64,000 bases of DNA, from positions 107,114,397 through 107,178,396 of the forward strand of contig CM097887.1 of the NCBI GenBank assembly GCA_044892525.1. The letters run 5' to 3'. Position 1 is the first letter of the stretch. The number at the start of each line of letters is the position of its first letter. This document shows positions 22,066 to 36,137 of the stretch, one piece after another. The notes beneath the pieces are model-generated. The model had not been told where the DNA came from. It saw nothing but the letters and a program-made list of their open reading frames with translations, and did not search any database. Made by a program: the position numbers and the translations under genes. The DNA comes from Schmidtea polychroa. Taxonomy: Eukaryota.

Positions 22066-22091
22066 AAAATGACCAGCGAGTCGAGAGATTA

Positions 22092-22559
22092 GTGCTCAAC
22101 CATGCTTATCTAAGTAGAAGATGGACAATCAAACCAGATACCGTGACAAAGGCGAACATTTCGTATTTGGAATTTACGGAGAGAACCGGTTGGTATATAA
22201 TATATCAAGAAATAGTAAATCTAATACCTCCCACAAAAGGAGAACTAACTGGCAAAGAAGGAAAGGCTAGATTAGTGAGTATTCCTGGTTGTAAAGGAAT
22301 AAAGGCTTTGAATTGGTTTAGTATCAGAAAGGTAGCGAGTGTAAACCAGCCCCGCATAAATAAATTAATTAATAATTGTAGAGTTCAAAATACGTTAAAC
22401 GGGACAACGAGAGATAAAACCTCAACTTGGTTATTCTTAATCATGATAGGGGGAGTAATTTGCATGATTTTAATTTTGATATTAACCACCCTATGGATGC
22501 TTAGATTAAATATGCGGGATATTCGTTATTGGGAAATTATTTACGAAACCGAGGTATAG
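22092..22559 (+). CDS. ORF3 TM ORF copy (I/N allele)
   Basis: Copy of 2034..2501. Confidence 0.45.
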   Translation: MLNHAYLSRRWTIKPDTVTKANISYLEFTERTGWYIIYQEIVNLIPPTKGELTGKEGKARLVSIPGCKGIKALNWFSIRKVASVNQPRINKLINNCRVQNTLNGTTRDKTSTWLFLIMIGGVICMILILILTTLWMLRLNMRDIRYWEIIYETEV

Positions 22560-22756
22560 GGGGAAAGTCTCACCATATACTAGGAAGTGTAAATATATAT
22601 TTTATCTATTTTATGTTATTTATATTAGTATGTAAACTAATGTGGGCTCAAATAAGCATCGGTAAAATCAGACATCAGCGTATGTCGACTTTGGTTACCC
22701 TGCGAGGGTCTATCACGAAAGTGATAAAAGCTGTTAATTATTTTATTTTTAGAAAA

Positions 22757-24291
22757 ATGAATTATAACAGAGAACCAAAACCACCAGTCAAAGCAAATCG
22801 ACGACACCCATTGGCAACGTACAATTCCCAGACTCGAGTTGAAACTGAAGTATATAGTACATACAAAGAAGAGTACGTATACAGGTTCATCGGAACTACG
22901 GTCGCAGCAAAAATGAATCACCTCACCTCAAACTATTGGTATTATCCCAGGAGAGTGGATATTCCAAACGATTTCAAATTCGCAGGAGGGCCTCGAAAGC
23001 AAATGATGATAACGGTTATAAATAACCAAGGTAGATTAAAATTGGCGGAACTATGTAGAGATTATGGTTCATGTCCGAAATTGGAAAGCATTTGGATCCA
23101 TGCGATCAATAGGCCATTCACTGTGTTTATGGCGGGATTAGAGTTACCTGTTGAATTAGAAAAACAGTGTACTCTGGAGATATACCACGCTGATGGACGA
23201 GAACGGAATATTATGATCCAGGCAGCAGCAGTTGATACCATAATCGCAGTAGAAATCTTGGATTTCAGGAAGCCATACTCTATAGTTAGCAAAAACGAGC
23301 CAACTTGGATTTACAATGTAAATAAAGTTGATATACAGCAGTGTAAATCATTTGTGAGGAAGAAGTTAACCAAAGCCGAGGAGGACGAGACTACAATTTT
23401 CATATCGGCAGGTTTTGCCAAATCCCGAATCGAACTGAAGGAGACAATTATCCAAATCGCAATTATGGATATGAGGGGAAATAATTTATTGAGTGCGGTA
23501 GTGACTCCCAGAGACCCTGTAAAACACTACCAAACGCACCAATACAAGTTAAAGGAACCTGATATTAGAGGAAACCTCGACGAAGATGATTGTTATCCTC
23601 TGATAAGATCTGCGATAAGAAAATACTTGTAGGTATTTTGCTTAAAGATCTGATCTCGGTAGCCAATCTACCAGTGCAGCGGATACTGAGTATTCGTGAC
23701 CTTTCTGCAAATAAACTATTGGAAACCAGAGGAGTCCCAATGATTCATGGTCATTACAGATTGGGATTCATGACGAAAACTTTCCTGCGTACAGTTCCCG
23801 GAGAACCAAGGAATTTAGTGGTCACCAATGAGGCACTGGCGATACGTGCGGTTTATTTACATTTCAGAAACGAATGGTTAGACCATATCACGAAACCCCA
23901 GGAGGAATTCATTTCCGTAACTACAGCAGCGATAGTTGAGCAGGAAATGACGCAAAAGAGGAGATTACCCGAGCAACCATCTACATCAGGGCAACCCAAG
24001 CCTAAGAGAAAATCACCTGTGGACTTACCACCGCCTCCAGCTATATCTATTGGAGAAGAAGATGAATATGAAACATGCGTTAGCGAAACGGAGACAGCAA
24101 AATCACCCAAACAATCATCGGGAGCTGCCTATCAGCCAAAGAATAAATCGGAAAATGCGGTCAGAAAAGAAAATCCAGAAGGAGGCAAGGTGAAAAAGAT
24201 GTTAAAGAAAATATTACCCATAAAAAGACAATTTTTTCAAATTTATCAGACTTCCCGCCAACGGAAATTCTTCAACGATGTCTTATTTTAA
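22757..24291 (+). CDS. Unit 9 exonuclease-like split gene (type B)
   Basis: Copy of 2701..4235, B markers. Confidence 0.72.
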
Positions 24292-24681
24292 AGCTCATTG
24301 CAATACCTTTCGAATGTGGTATAGAAATCCATATTATCAATATTATTGGTAAAGGTATTATTATTTTTTCAAAATATTATTTTTTCAAGGTCATTTATAT
24401 TTTCAAGGTCAATCATATTTTCAAGGTCATATTTTAAAATTTAAATTTTTAGAGTTCCCACCAATGGAATTTATTGGCCGATGGCTAATTTTGAAGCCCA
24501 CTGCAATACCTTTCGAATGACGTATAGATATTCATATTATCATTATTATTAATAAAGATATTATTTTTTCAAAATATTATTTTTCAAGGTCGTTTATTTT
24601 TTCAAGGTTCAAAATCTGTTCAAAGCTACTGTTTTAGTCAATACGAACCAGATGAAATAATCGGTTCCATCGCCAAAAGTG

Positions 24682-24929
24682 ATGCTCATCCTATTTGAAT
24701 ATATGCCTGAAAGATTGAAAGATTCAAGTTGAAAGACCTGAAATTAGAAGACAATCACAAGAAAATATTATCCGGACAATTGATGTCCGGACTGCAATAC
24801 TTGCATAATTTGAATATCGCCCACTGCAATATCAATCCAAAAGACATTTTCGATGATATGGCAGAATTAAGATTAAAGATTTCAAACTTTGGAGGACGAA
24901 TAATAAAATTGCGCTTATCGTCATATTAG
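24682..24929 (+). pseudogene. Kinase fragment copy
   Basis: Copy of 1760..2007. Confidence 0.8.
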
Positions 24930-24955
24930 AAAATGACCAGCGAGTCGAGAGATTA

Positions 24956-25423
24956 GTGCTCAACCATGCTTATCTAAGTAGAAGATGGACAATCAAACCA
25001 GATACCGTGACAAAGGCGAACATTTCGTATTTGGAATTTACGGAGAGAACCGGTTGGTATATAATATATCAAGAAATAGTAAATCTAATACCTCCCACAA
25101 AAGGAGAACTAACTGGCAAAGAAGGAAAGGCTAGATTAGTGAGTATTCCTGGTTGTAAAGGAATAAAGGCTTTGAATTGGTTTAGTATCAGAAAGGTAGC
25201 GAGTGTAAACCAGCCCCGCATAAATAAATTAATTAATAATTGTAGAGTTCAAAATACGTTAAACGGGACAACGAGAGATAAAACCTCAACTTGGTTATTC
25301 TTAATCATGATAGGGGGAGTAATTTGCATGATTTTAATTTTGATATTAACCACCCTATGGATGCTTAGATTAAATATGCGGGATATTCGTTATTGGGAAA
25401 TTATTTACGAAACCGAGGTATAG
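24956..25423 (+). CDS. ORF3 TM ORF copy (I/N allele)
   Basis: Copy of 2034..2501. Confidence 0.45.
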   Translation: MLNHAYLSRRWTIKPDTVTKANISYLEFTERTGWYIIYQEIVNLIPPTKGELTGKEGKARLVSIPGCKGIKALNWFSIRKVASVNQPRINKLINNCRVQNTLNGTTRDKTSTWLFLIMIGGVICMILILILTTLWMLRLNMRDIRYWEIIYETEV

Positions 25424-25620
25424 GGGGAAAGTCTCACCATATACTAGGAAGTGTAAATATATATTTTATCTATTTTATGTTATTTATATTAGTATGTAAA
25501 CTAATGTGGGCTCAAATGAGCATCGGTAAAATCAGACATCAGCGTATGTCGACTTTGGTTACCCTGCGAGGGTCTATCACGAAAGTGATAAAAGCTGTTA
25601 ATTATTTTATTTTTAGAAAA

Positions 25621-27155
25621 ATGAATTATAACAGAGAACCAAAACCACCAGTCAAAGCAAATCGACGACACCCATTGGCAACGTACAATTCCCAGACTCG
25701 AGTTGAAACTGAAGTATATAGTACATACAAAGAAGAGTACGTATACAGGTTCATCGGAACTACGGTCGCAGCAAAAATGAATCACCTCACCTCAAACTAT
25801 TGGTATTATCCCAGGAGAGTGGATATTCCAAACGATTTCAAATTCGCAGGAGGGCCTCGAAAGCAAATGATGATAACGGTTATAAATAACCAAGGTAGAT
25901 TAAAATTGGCGGAACTATGTAGAGATTATGGTTCATGTCCGAAATTGGAAAGCATTTGGATCCATGCGATCAATAGGCCATTCACTGTGTTTATGGCGGG
26001 ATTAGAGTTACCTGTTGAATTAGAAAAACAGTGTACTCTGGAGATATACCACGCTGATGGACGAGAACGGAATATTATGATCCAGGCAGCAGCAGTTGAT
26101 ACCATAATCGCAGTAGAAATCTTGGATTTCAGGAAGCCATACTCTATAGTTAGCAAAAACGAGCCAACTTGGATTTACAATGTAAATAAAGTTGATATAC
26201 AGCAGTGTAAATCATTTGTGAGGAAGAAGTTAACCAAAGCCGAGGAGGACGAGACTACAATTTTCATATCGGCAGGTTTTGCCAAATCCCGAATCGAACT
26301 GAAGGAGACAATTATCCAAATCGCAATTATGGATATGAGGGGAAATAATTTATTGAGTGCGGTAGTGACTCCCAGAGACCCTGTAAAACACTACCAAACG
26401 CACCAATACAAGTTAAAGGAACCTGATATTAGAGGAAACCTCGACGAAGATGATTGTTATCCTCTGATAAGATCTGCGATAAGAAAATACTTGTAGGTAT
26501 TTTGCTTAAAGATCTGATCTCGGTAGCCAATCTACCAGTGCAGCGGATACTGAGTATTCGTGACCTTTCTGCAAATAAACTATTGGAAACCAGAGGAGTC
26601 CCAATGATTCATGGTCATTACAGATTGGGATTCATGACGAAAACTTTCCTGCGTACAGTTCCCGGAGAACCAAGGAATTTAGTGGTCACCAATGAGGCAC
26701 TGGCGATACGTGCGGTTTATTTACATTTCAGAAACGAATGGTTAGACCATATCACGAAACCCCAGGAGGAATTCATTTCCGTAACTACAGCAGCGATAGT
26801 TGAGCAGGAAATGACGCAAAAGAGGAGATTACCCGAGCAACCATCTACATCAGGGCAACCCAAGCCTAAGAGAAAATCACCTGTGGACTTACCACCGCCT
26901 CCAGCTATATCTATTGGAGAAGAAGATGAATATGAAACATGCGTTAGCGAAACGGAGACAGCAAAATCACCCAAACAATCATCGGGAGCTGCCTATCAGC
27001 CAAAGAATAAATCGGAAAATGCGGTCAGAAAAGAAAATCCAGAAGGAGGCAAGGTGAAAAAGATGTTAAAGAAAATATTACCCATAAAAAGACAATTTTT
27101 TCAAATTTATCAGACTTCCCGCCAACGGAAATTCTTCAACGATGTCTTATTTTAA
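25621..27155 (+). CDS. Unit 10 exonuclease-like split gene (type B)
   Basis: Copy of 2701..4235, B markers. Confidence 0.72.
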
Positions 27156-27545
27156 AGCTCATTGCAATACCTTTCGAATGTGGTATAGAAATCCATATTA
27201 TCAATATTATTGGTAAAGGTATTATTATTTTTTCAAAATATTATTTTTTCAAGGTCATTTATATTTTCAAGGTCAATCATATTTTCAAGGTCATATTTTA
27301 AAATTTAAATTTTTAGAGTTCCCACCAATGGAATTTATTGGCCGATGGCTAATTTTGAAGCCCACTGCAATACCTTTCGAATGACGTATAGATATTCATA
27401 TTATCATTATTATTAATAAAGATATTATTTTTTCAAAATATTATTTTTCAAGGTCGTTTATTTTTTCAAGGTTCAAAATCTGTTCAAAGCTACTGTTTTA
27501 GTCAATACGAACCAGATGAAATAATCGGTTCCATCGCCAAAAGTG

Positions 27546-27793
27546 ATGCTCATCCTATTTGAATATATGCCTGAAAGATTGAAAGATTCAAGTTGAAAGA
27601 CCTGAAATTAGAAGACAATCACAAGAAAATATTATCCGGACAATTGATGTCCGGACTGCAATACTTGCATAATTTGAATATCGCCCACTGCAATATCAAT
27701 CCAAAAGACATTTTCGATGATATGGCAGAATTAAGATTAAAGATTTCAAACTTTGGAGGACGAATAATAAAATTGCGCTTATCGTCATATTAG
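27546..27793 (+). pseudogene. Kinase fragment copy
   Basis: Copy of 1760..2007. Confidence 0.8.
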
Positions 27794-27819
27794 AAAATGA
27801 CCAGCGAGTCGAGAGATTA

Positions 27820-28287
27820 GTGCTCAACCATGCTTATCTAAGTAGAAGATGGACAATCAAACCAGATACCGTGACAAAGGCGAACATTTCGTATTTGGAA
27901 TTTACGGAGAGAACCGGTTGGTATATAATATATCAAGAAATAGTAAATCTAATACCTCCCACAAAAGGAGAACTAACTGGCAAAGAAGGAAAGGCTAGAT
28001 TAGTGAGTATTCCTGGTTGTAAAGGAATAAAGGCTTTGAATTGGTTTAGTATCAGAAAGGTAGCGAGTGTAAACCAGCCCCGCATAAATAAATTAATTAA
28101 TAATTGTAGAGTTCAAAATACGTTAAACGGGACAACGAGAGATAAAACCTCAACTTGGTTATTCTTAATCATGATAGGGGGAGTAATTTGCATGATTTTA
28201 ATTTTGATATTAACCACCCTATGGATGCTTAGATTAAATATGCGGGATATTCGTTATTGGGAAATTATTTACGAAACCGAGGTATAG
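27820..28287 (+). CDS. ORF3 TM ORF copy (I/N allele)
   Basis: Copy of 2034..2501. Confidence 0.45.
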   Translation: MLNHAYLSRRWTIKPDTVTKANISYLEFTERTGWYIIYQEIVNLIPPTKGELTGKEGKARLVSIPGCKGIKALNWFSIRKVASVNQPRINKLINNCRVQNTLNGTTRDKTSTWLFLIMIGGVICMILILILTTLWMLRLNMRDIRYWEIIYETEV

Positions 28288-28484
28288 GGGGAAAGTCTCA
28301 CCATATACTAGGAAGTGTAAATATATATTTTATCTATTTTATGTTATTTATATTAGTATGTAAACTAATGTGGGCTCAAATGAGCATCGGTAAAATCAGA
28401 CATCAGCGTATGTCGACTTTGGTTACCCTGCGAGGGTCTATCACGAAAGTGATAAAAGCTGTTAATTATTTTATTTTTAGAAAA

Positions 28485-30019
28485 ATGAATTATAACAGAG
28501 AACCAAAACCACCAGTCAAAGCAAATCGACGACACCCATTGGCAACGTACAATTCCCAGACTCGAGTTGAAACTGAAGTATATAGTACATACAAAGAAGA
28601 GTACGTATACAGGTTCATCGGAACTACGGTCGCAGCAAAAATGAATCACCTCACCTCAAACTATTGGTATTATCCCAGGAGAGTGGATATTCCAAACGAT
28701 TTCAAATTCGCAGGAGGGCCTCGAAAGCAAATGATGATAACGGTTATAAATAACCAAGGTAGATTAAAATTGGCGGAACTATGTAGAGATTATGGTTCAT
28801 GTCCGAAATTGGAAAGCATTTGGATCCATGCGATCAATAGGCCATTCACTGTGTTTATGGCGGGATTAGAGTTACCTGTTGAATTAGAAAAACAGTGTAC
28901 TCTGGAGATATACCACGCTGATGGACGAGAACGGAATATTATGATCCAGGCAGCAGCAGTTGATACCATAATCGCAGTAGAAATCTTGGATTTCAGGAAG
29001 CCATACTCTATAGTTAGCAAAAACGAGCCAACTTGGATTTACAATGTAAATAAAGTTGATATACAGCAGTGTAAATCATTTGTGAGGAAGAAGTTAACCA
29101 AAGCCGAGGAGGACGAGACTACAATTTTCATATCGGCAGGTTTTGCCAAATCCCGAATCGAACTGAAGGAGACAATTATCCAAATCGCAATTATGGATAT
29201 GAGGGGAAATAATTTATTGAGTGCGGTAGTGACTCCCAGAGACCCTGTAAAACACTACCAAACGCACCAATACAAGTTAAAGGAACCTGATATTAGAGGA
29301 AACCTCGACGAAGATGATTGTTATCCTCTGATAAGATCTGCGATAAGAAAATACTTGTAGGTATTTTGCTTAAAGATCTGATCTCGGTAGCCAATCTACC
29401 AGTGCAGCGGATACTGAGTATTCGTGACCTTTCTGCAAATAAACTATTGGAAACCAGAGGAGTCCCAATGATTCATGGTCATTACAGATTGGGATTCATG
29501 ACGAAAACTTTCCTGCGTACAGTTCCCGGAGAACCAAGGAATTTAGTGGTCACCAATGAGGCACTGGCGATACGTGCGGTTTATTTACATTTCAGAAACG
29601 AATGGTTAGACCATATCACGAAACCCCAGGAGGAATTCATTTCCGTAACTACAGCAGCGATAGTTGAGCAGGAAATGACGCAAAAGAGGAGATTACCCGA
29701 GCAACCATCTACATCAGGGCAACCCAAGCCTAAGAGAAAATCACCTGTGGACTTACCACCGCCTCCAGCTATATCTATTGGAGAAGAAGATGAATATGAA
29801 ACATGCGTTAGCGAAACGGAGACAGCAAAATCACCCAAACAATCATCGGGAGCTGCCTATCAGCCAAAGAATAAATCGGAAAATGCGGTCAGAAAAGAAA
29901 ATCCAGAAGGAGGCAAGGTGAAAAAGATGTTAAAGAAAATATTACCCATAAAAAGACAATTTTTTCAAATTTATCAGACTTCCCGCCAACGGAAATTCTT
30001 CAACGATGTCTTATTTTAA
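28485..30019 (+). CDS. Unit 11 exonuclease-like split gene (type B)
   Basis: Copy of 2701..4235, B markers. Confidence 0.72.
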
Positions 30020-30409
30020 AGCTCATTGCAATACCTTTCGAATGTGGTATAGAAATCCATATTATCAATATTATTGGTAAAGGTATTATTATTTTTTCAA
30101 AATATTATTTTTTCAAGGTCATTTATATTTTCAAGGTCAATCATATTTTCAAGGTCATATTTTAAAATTTAAATTTTTAGAGTTCCCACCAATGGAATTT
30201 ATTGGCCGATGGCTAATTTTGAAGCCCACTGCAATACCTTTCGAATGACGTATAGATATTCATATTATCATTATTATTAATAAAGATATTATTTTTTCAA
30301 AATATTATTTTTCAAGGTCGTTTATTTTTTCAAGGTTCAAAATCTGTTCAAAGCTACTGTTTTAGTCAATACGAACCAGATGAAATAATCGGTTCCATCG
30401 CCAAAAGTG

Positions 30410-30657
30410 ATGCTCATCCTATTTGAATATATGCCTGAAAGATTGAAAGATTCAAGTTGAAAGACCTGAAATTAGAAGACAATCACAAGAAAATATTATC
30501 CGGACAATTGATGTCCGGACTGCAATACTTGCATAATTTGAATATCGCCCACTGCAATATCAATCCAAAAGACATTTTCGATGATATGGCAGAATTAAGA
30601 TTAAAGATTTCAAACTTTGGAGGACGAATAATAAAATTGCGCTTATCGTCATATTAG
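30410..30657 (+). pseudogene. Kinase fragment copy
   Basis: Copy of 1760..2007. Confidence 0.8.
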
Positions 30658-30683
30658 AAAATGACCAGCGAGTCGAGAGATTA

Positions 30684-31151
30684 GTGCTCAACCATGCTTA
30701 TCTAAGTAGAAGATGGACAATCAAACCAGATACCGTGACAAAGGCGAACATTTCGTATTTGGAATTTACGGAGAGAACCGGTTGGTATATAATATATCAA
30801 GAAATAGTAAATCTAATACCTCCCACAAAAGGAGAACTAACTGGCAAAGAAGGAAAGGCTAGATTAGTGAGTATTCCTGGTTGTAAAGGAATAAAGGCTT
30901 TGAATTGGTTTAGTATCAGAAAGGTAGCGAGTGTAAACCAGCCCCGCATAAATAAATTAATTAATAATTGTAGAGTTCAAAATACGTTAAACGGGACAAC
31001 GAGAGATAAAACCTCAACTTGGTTATTCTTAATCATGATAGGGGGAGTAATTTGCATGATTTTAATTTTGATATTAACCACCCTATGGATGCTTAGATTA
31101 AATATGCGGGATATTCGTTATTGGGAAATTATTTACGAAACCGAGGTATAG
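30684..31151 (+). CDS. ORF3 TM ORF copy (I/N allele)
   Basis: Copy of 2034..2501. Confidence 0.45.
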   Translation: MLNHAYLSRRWTIKPDTVTKANISYLEFTERTGWYIIYQEIVNLIPPTKGELTGKEGKARLVSIPGCKGIKALNWFSIRKVASVNQPRINKLINNCRVQNTLNGTTRDKTSTWLFLIMIGGVICMILILILTTLWMLRLNMRDIRYWEIIYETEV

Positions 31152-31348
31152 GGGGAAAGTCTCACCATATACTAGGAAGTGTAAATATATATTTTATCTA
31201 TTTTATGTTATTTATATTAGTATGTAAACTAATGTGGGCTCAAATGAGCATCGGTAAAATCAGACATCAGCGTATGTCGACTTTGGTTACCCTGCGAGGG
31301 TCTATCACGAAAGTGATAAAAGCTGTTAATTATTTTATTTTTAGAAAA

Positions 31349-32883
31349 ATGAATTATAACAGAGAACCAAAACCACCAGTCAAAGCAAATCGACGACACC
31401 CATTGGCAACGTACAATTCCCAGACTCGAGTTGAAACTGAAGTATATAGTACATACAAAGAAGAGTACGTATACAGGTTCATCGGAACTACGGTCGCAGC
31501 AAAAATGAATCACCTCACCTCAAACTATTGGTATTATCCCAGGAGAGTGGATATTCCAAACGATTTCAAATTCGCAGGAGGGCCTCGAAAGCAAATGATG
31601 ATAACGGTTATAAATAACCAAGGTAGATTAAAATTGGCGGAACTATGTAGAGATTATGGTTCATGTCCGAAATTGGAAAGCATTTGGATCCATGCGATCA
31701 ATAGGCCATTCACTGTGTTTATGGCGGGATTAGAGTTACCTGTTGAATTAGAAAAACAGTGTACTCTGGAGATATACCACGCTGATGGACGAGAACGGAA
31801 TATTATGATCCAGGCAGCAGCAGTTGATACCATAATCGCAGTAGAAATCTTGGATTTCAGGAAGCCATACTCTATAGTTAGCAAAAACGAGCCAACTTGG
31901 ATTTACAATGTAAATAAAGTTGATATACAGCAGTGTAAATCATTTGTGAGGAAGAAGTTAACCAAAGCCGAGGAGGACGAGACTACAATTTTCATATCGG
32001 CAGGTTTTGCCAAATCCCGAATCGAACTGAAGGAGACAATTATCCAAATCGCAATTATGGATATGAGGGGAAATAATTTATTGAGTGCGGTAGTGACTCC
32101 CAGAGACCCTGTAAAACACTACCAAACGCACCAATACAAGTTAAAGGAACCTGATATTAGAGGAAACCTCGACGAAGATGATTGTTATCCTCTGATAAGA
32201 TCTGCGATAAGAAAATACTTGTAGGTATTTTGCTTAAAGATCTGATCTCGGTAGCCAATCTACCAGTGCAGCGGATACTGAGTATTCGTGACCTTTCTGC
32301 AAATAAACTATTGGAAACCAGAGGAGTCCCAATGATTCATGGTCATTACAGATTGGGATTCATGACGAAAACTTTCCTGCGTACAGTTCCCGGAGAACCA
32401 AGGAATTTAGTGGTCACCAATGAGGCACTGGCGATACGTGCGGTTTATTTACATTTCAGAAACGAATGGTTAGACCATATCACGAAACCCCAGGAGGAAT
32501 TCATTTCCGTAACTACAGCAGCGATAGTTGAGCAGGAAATGACGCAAAAGAGGAGATTACCCGAGCAACCATCTACATCAGGGCAACCCAAGCCTAAGAG
32601 AAAATCACCTGTGGACTTACCACCGCCTCCAGCTATATCTATTGGAGAAGAAGATGAATATGAAACATGCGTTAGCGAAACGGAGACAGCAAAATCACCC
32701 AAACAATCATCGGGAGCTGCCTATCAGCCAAAGAATAAATCGGAAAATGCGGTCAGAAAAGAAAATCCAGAAGGAGGCAAGGTGAAAAAGATGTTAAAGA
32801 AAATATTACCCATAAAAAGACAATTTTTTCAAATTTATCAGACTTCCCGCCAACGGAAATTCTTCAACGATGTCTTATTTTAA
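31349..32883 (+). CDS. Unit 12 exonuclease-like split gene (type B)
   Basis: Copy of 2701..4235, B markers. Confidence 0.72.
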
Positions 32884-33273
32884 AGCTCATTGCAATACCT
32901 TTCGAATGTGGTATAGAAATCCATATTATCAATATTATTGGTAAAGGTATTATTATTTTTTCAAAATATTATTTTTTCAAGGTCATTTATATTTTCAAGG
33001 TCAATCATATTTTCAAGGTCATATTTTAAAATTTAAATTTTTAGAGTTCCCACCAATGGAATTTATTGGCCGATGGCTAATTTTGAAGCCCACTGCAATA
33101 CCTTTCGAATGACGTATAGATATTCATATTATCATTATTATTAATAAAGATATTATTTTTTCAAAATATTATTTTTCAAGGTCGTTTATTTTTTCAAGGT
33201 TCAAAATCTGTTCAAAGCTACTGTTTTAGTCAATACGAACCAGATGAAATAATCGGTTCCATCGCCAAAAGTG

Positions 33274-33521
33274 ATGCTCATCCTATTTGAATATATGCCT
33301 GAAAGATTGAAAGATTCAAGTTGAAAGACCTGAAATTAGAAGACAATCACAAGAAAATATTATCCGGACAATTGATGTCCGGACTGCAATACTTGCATAA
33401 TTTGAATATCGCCCACTGCAATATCAATCCAAAAGACATTTTCGATGATATGGCAGAATTAAGATTAAAGATTTCAAACTTTGGAGGACGAATAATAAAA
33501 TTGCGCTTATCGTCATATTAG
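33274..33521 (+). pseudogene. Kinase fragment copy
   Basis: Copy of 1760..2007. Confidence 0.8.
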
Positions 33522-33547
33522 AAAATGACCAGCGAGTCGAGAGATTA

Positions 33548-34015
33548 GTGCTCAACCATGCTTATCTAAGTAGAAGATGGACAATCAAACCAGATACCGT
33601 GACAAAGGCGAACATTTCGTATTTGGAATTTACGGAGAGAACCGGTTGGTATATAATATATCAAGAAATAGTAAATCTAATACCTCCCACAAAAGGAGAA
33701 CTAACTGGCAAAGAAGGAAAGGCTAGATTAGTGAGTATTCCTGGTTGTAAAGGAATAAAGGCTTTGAATTGGTTTAGTATCAGAAAGGTAGCGAGTGTAA
33801 ACCAGCCCCGCATAAATAAATTAATTAATAATTGTAGAGTTCAAAATACGTTAAACGGGACAACGAGAGATAAAACCTCAACTTGGTTATTCTTAATCAT
33901 GATAGGGGGAGTAATTTGCATGATTTTAATTTTGATATTAACCACCCTATGGATGCTTAGATTAAATATGCGGGATATTCGTTATTGGGAAATTATTTAC
34001 GAAACCGAGGTATAG
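33548..34015 (+). CDS. ORF3 TM ORF copy (I/N allele)
   Basis: Copy of 2034..2501. Confidence 0.45.
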   Translation: MLNHAYLSRRWTIKPDTVTKANISYLEFTERTGWYIIYQEIVNLIPPTKGELTGKEGKARLVSIPGCKGIKALNWFSIRKVASVNQPRINKLINNCRVQNTLNGTTRDKTSTWLFLIMIGGVICMILILILTTLWMLRLNMRDIRYWEIIYETEV

Positions 34016-34212
34016 GGGGAAAGTCTCACCATATACTAGGAAGTGTAAATATATATTTTATCTATTTTATGTTATTTATATTAGTATGTAAACTAATGTG
34101 GGCTCAAATGAGCATCGGTAAAATCAGACATCAGCGTATGTCGACTTTGGTTACCCTGCGAGGGTCTATCACGAAAGTGATAAAAGCTGTTAATTATTTT
34201 ATTTTTAGAAAA

Positions 34213-35747
34213 ATGAATTATAACAGAGAACCAAAACCACCAGTCAAAGCAAATCGACGACACCCATTGGCAACGTACAATTCCCAGACTCGAGTTGAAA
34301 CTGAAGTATATAGTACATACAAAGAAGAGTACGTATACAGGTTCATCGGAACTACGGTCGCAGCAAAAATGAATCACCTCACCTCAAACTATTGGTATTA
34401 TCCCAGGAGAGTGGATATTCCAAACGATTTCAAATTCGCAGGAGGGCCTCGAAAGCAAATGATGATAACGGTTATAAATAACCAAGGTAGATTAAAATTG
34501 GCGGAACTATGTAGAGATTATGGTTCATGTCCGAAATTGGAAAGCATTTGGATCCATGCGATCAATAGGCCATTCACTGTGTTTATGGCGGGATTAGAGT
34601 TACCTGTTGAATTAGAAAAACAGTGTACTCTGGAGATATACCACGCTGATGGACGAGAACGGAATATTATGATCCAGGCAGCAGCAGTTGATACCATAAT
34701 CGCAGTAGAAATCTTGGATTTCAGGAAGCCATACTCTATAGTTAGCAAAAACGAGCCAACTTGGATTTACAATGTAAATAAAGTTGATATACAGCAGTGT
34801 AAATCATTTGTGAGGAAGAAGTTAACCAAAGCCGAGGAGGACGAGACTACAATTTTCATATCGGCAGGTTTTGCCAAATCCCGAATCGAACTGAAGGAGA
34901 CAATTATCCAAATCGCAATTATGGATATGAGGGGAAATAATTTATTGAGTGCGGTAGTGACTCCCAGAGACCCTGTAAAACACTACCAAACGCACCAATA
35001 CAAGTTAAAGGAACCTGATATTAGAGGAAACCTCGACGAAGATGATTGTTATCCTCTGATAAGATCTGCGATAAGAAAATACTTGTAGGTATTTTGCTTA
35101 AAGATCTGATCTCGGTAGCCAATCTACCAGTGCAGCGGATACTGAGTATTCGTGACCTTTCTGCAAATAAACTATTGGAAACCAGAGGAGTCCCAATGAT
35201 TCATGGTCATTACAGATTGGGATTCATGACGAAAACTTTCCTGCGTACAGTTCCCGGAGAACCAAGGAATTTAGTGGTCACCAATGAGGCACTGGCGATA
35301 CGTGCGGTTTATTTACATTTCAGAAACGAATGGTTAGACCATATCACGAAACCCCAGGAGGAATTCATTTCCGTAACTACAGCAGCGATAGTTGAGCAGG
35401 AAATGACGCAAAAGAGGAGATTACCCGAGCAACCATCTACATCAGGGCAACCCAAGCCTAAGAGAAAATCACCTGTGGACTTACCACCGCCTCCAGCTAT
35501 ATCTATTGGAGAAGAAGATGAATATGAAACATGCGTTAGCGAAACGGAGACAGCAAAATCACCCAAACAATCATCGGGAGCTGCCTATCAGCCAAAGAAT
35601 AAATCGGAAAATGCGGTCAGAAAAGAAAATCCAGAAGGAGGCAAGGTGAAAAAGATGTTAAAGAAAATATTACCCATAAAAAGACAATTTTTTCAAATTT
35701 ATCAGACTTCCCGCCAACGGAAATTCTTCAACGATGTCTTATTTTAA
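34213..35747 (+). CDS. Unit 13 exonuclease-like split gene (type B)
   Basis: Copy of 2701..4235, B markers. Confidence 0.72.
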
Positions 35748-36137
35748 AGCTCATTGCAATACCTTTCGAATGTGGTATAGAAATCCATATTATCAATATT
35801 ATTGGTAAAGGTATTATTATTTTTTCAAAATATTATTTTTTCAAGGTCATTTATATTTTCAAGGTCAATCATATTTTCAAGGTCATATTTTAAAATTTAA
35901 ATTTTTAGAGTTCCCACCAATGGAATTTATTGGCCGATGGCTAATTTTGAAGCCCACTGCAATACCTTTCGAATGACGTATAGATATTCATATTATCATT
36001 ATTATTAATAAAGATATTATTTTTTCAAAATATTATTTTTCAAGGTCGTTTATTTTTTCAAGGTTCAAAATCTGTTCAAAGCTACTGTTTTAGTCAATAC
36101 GAACCAGATGAAATAATCGGTTCCATCGCCAAAAGTG

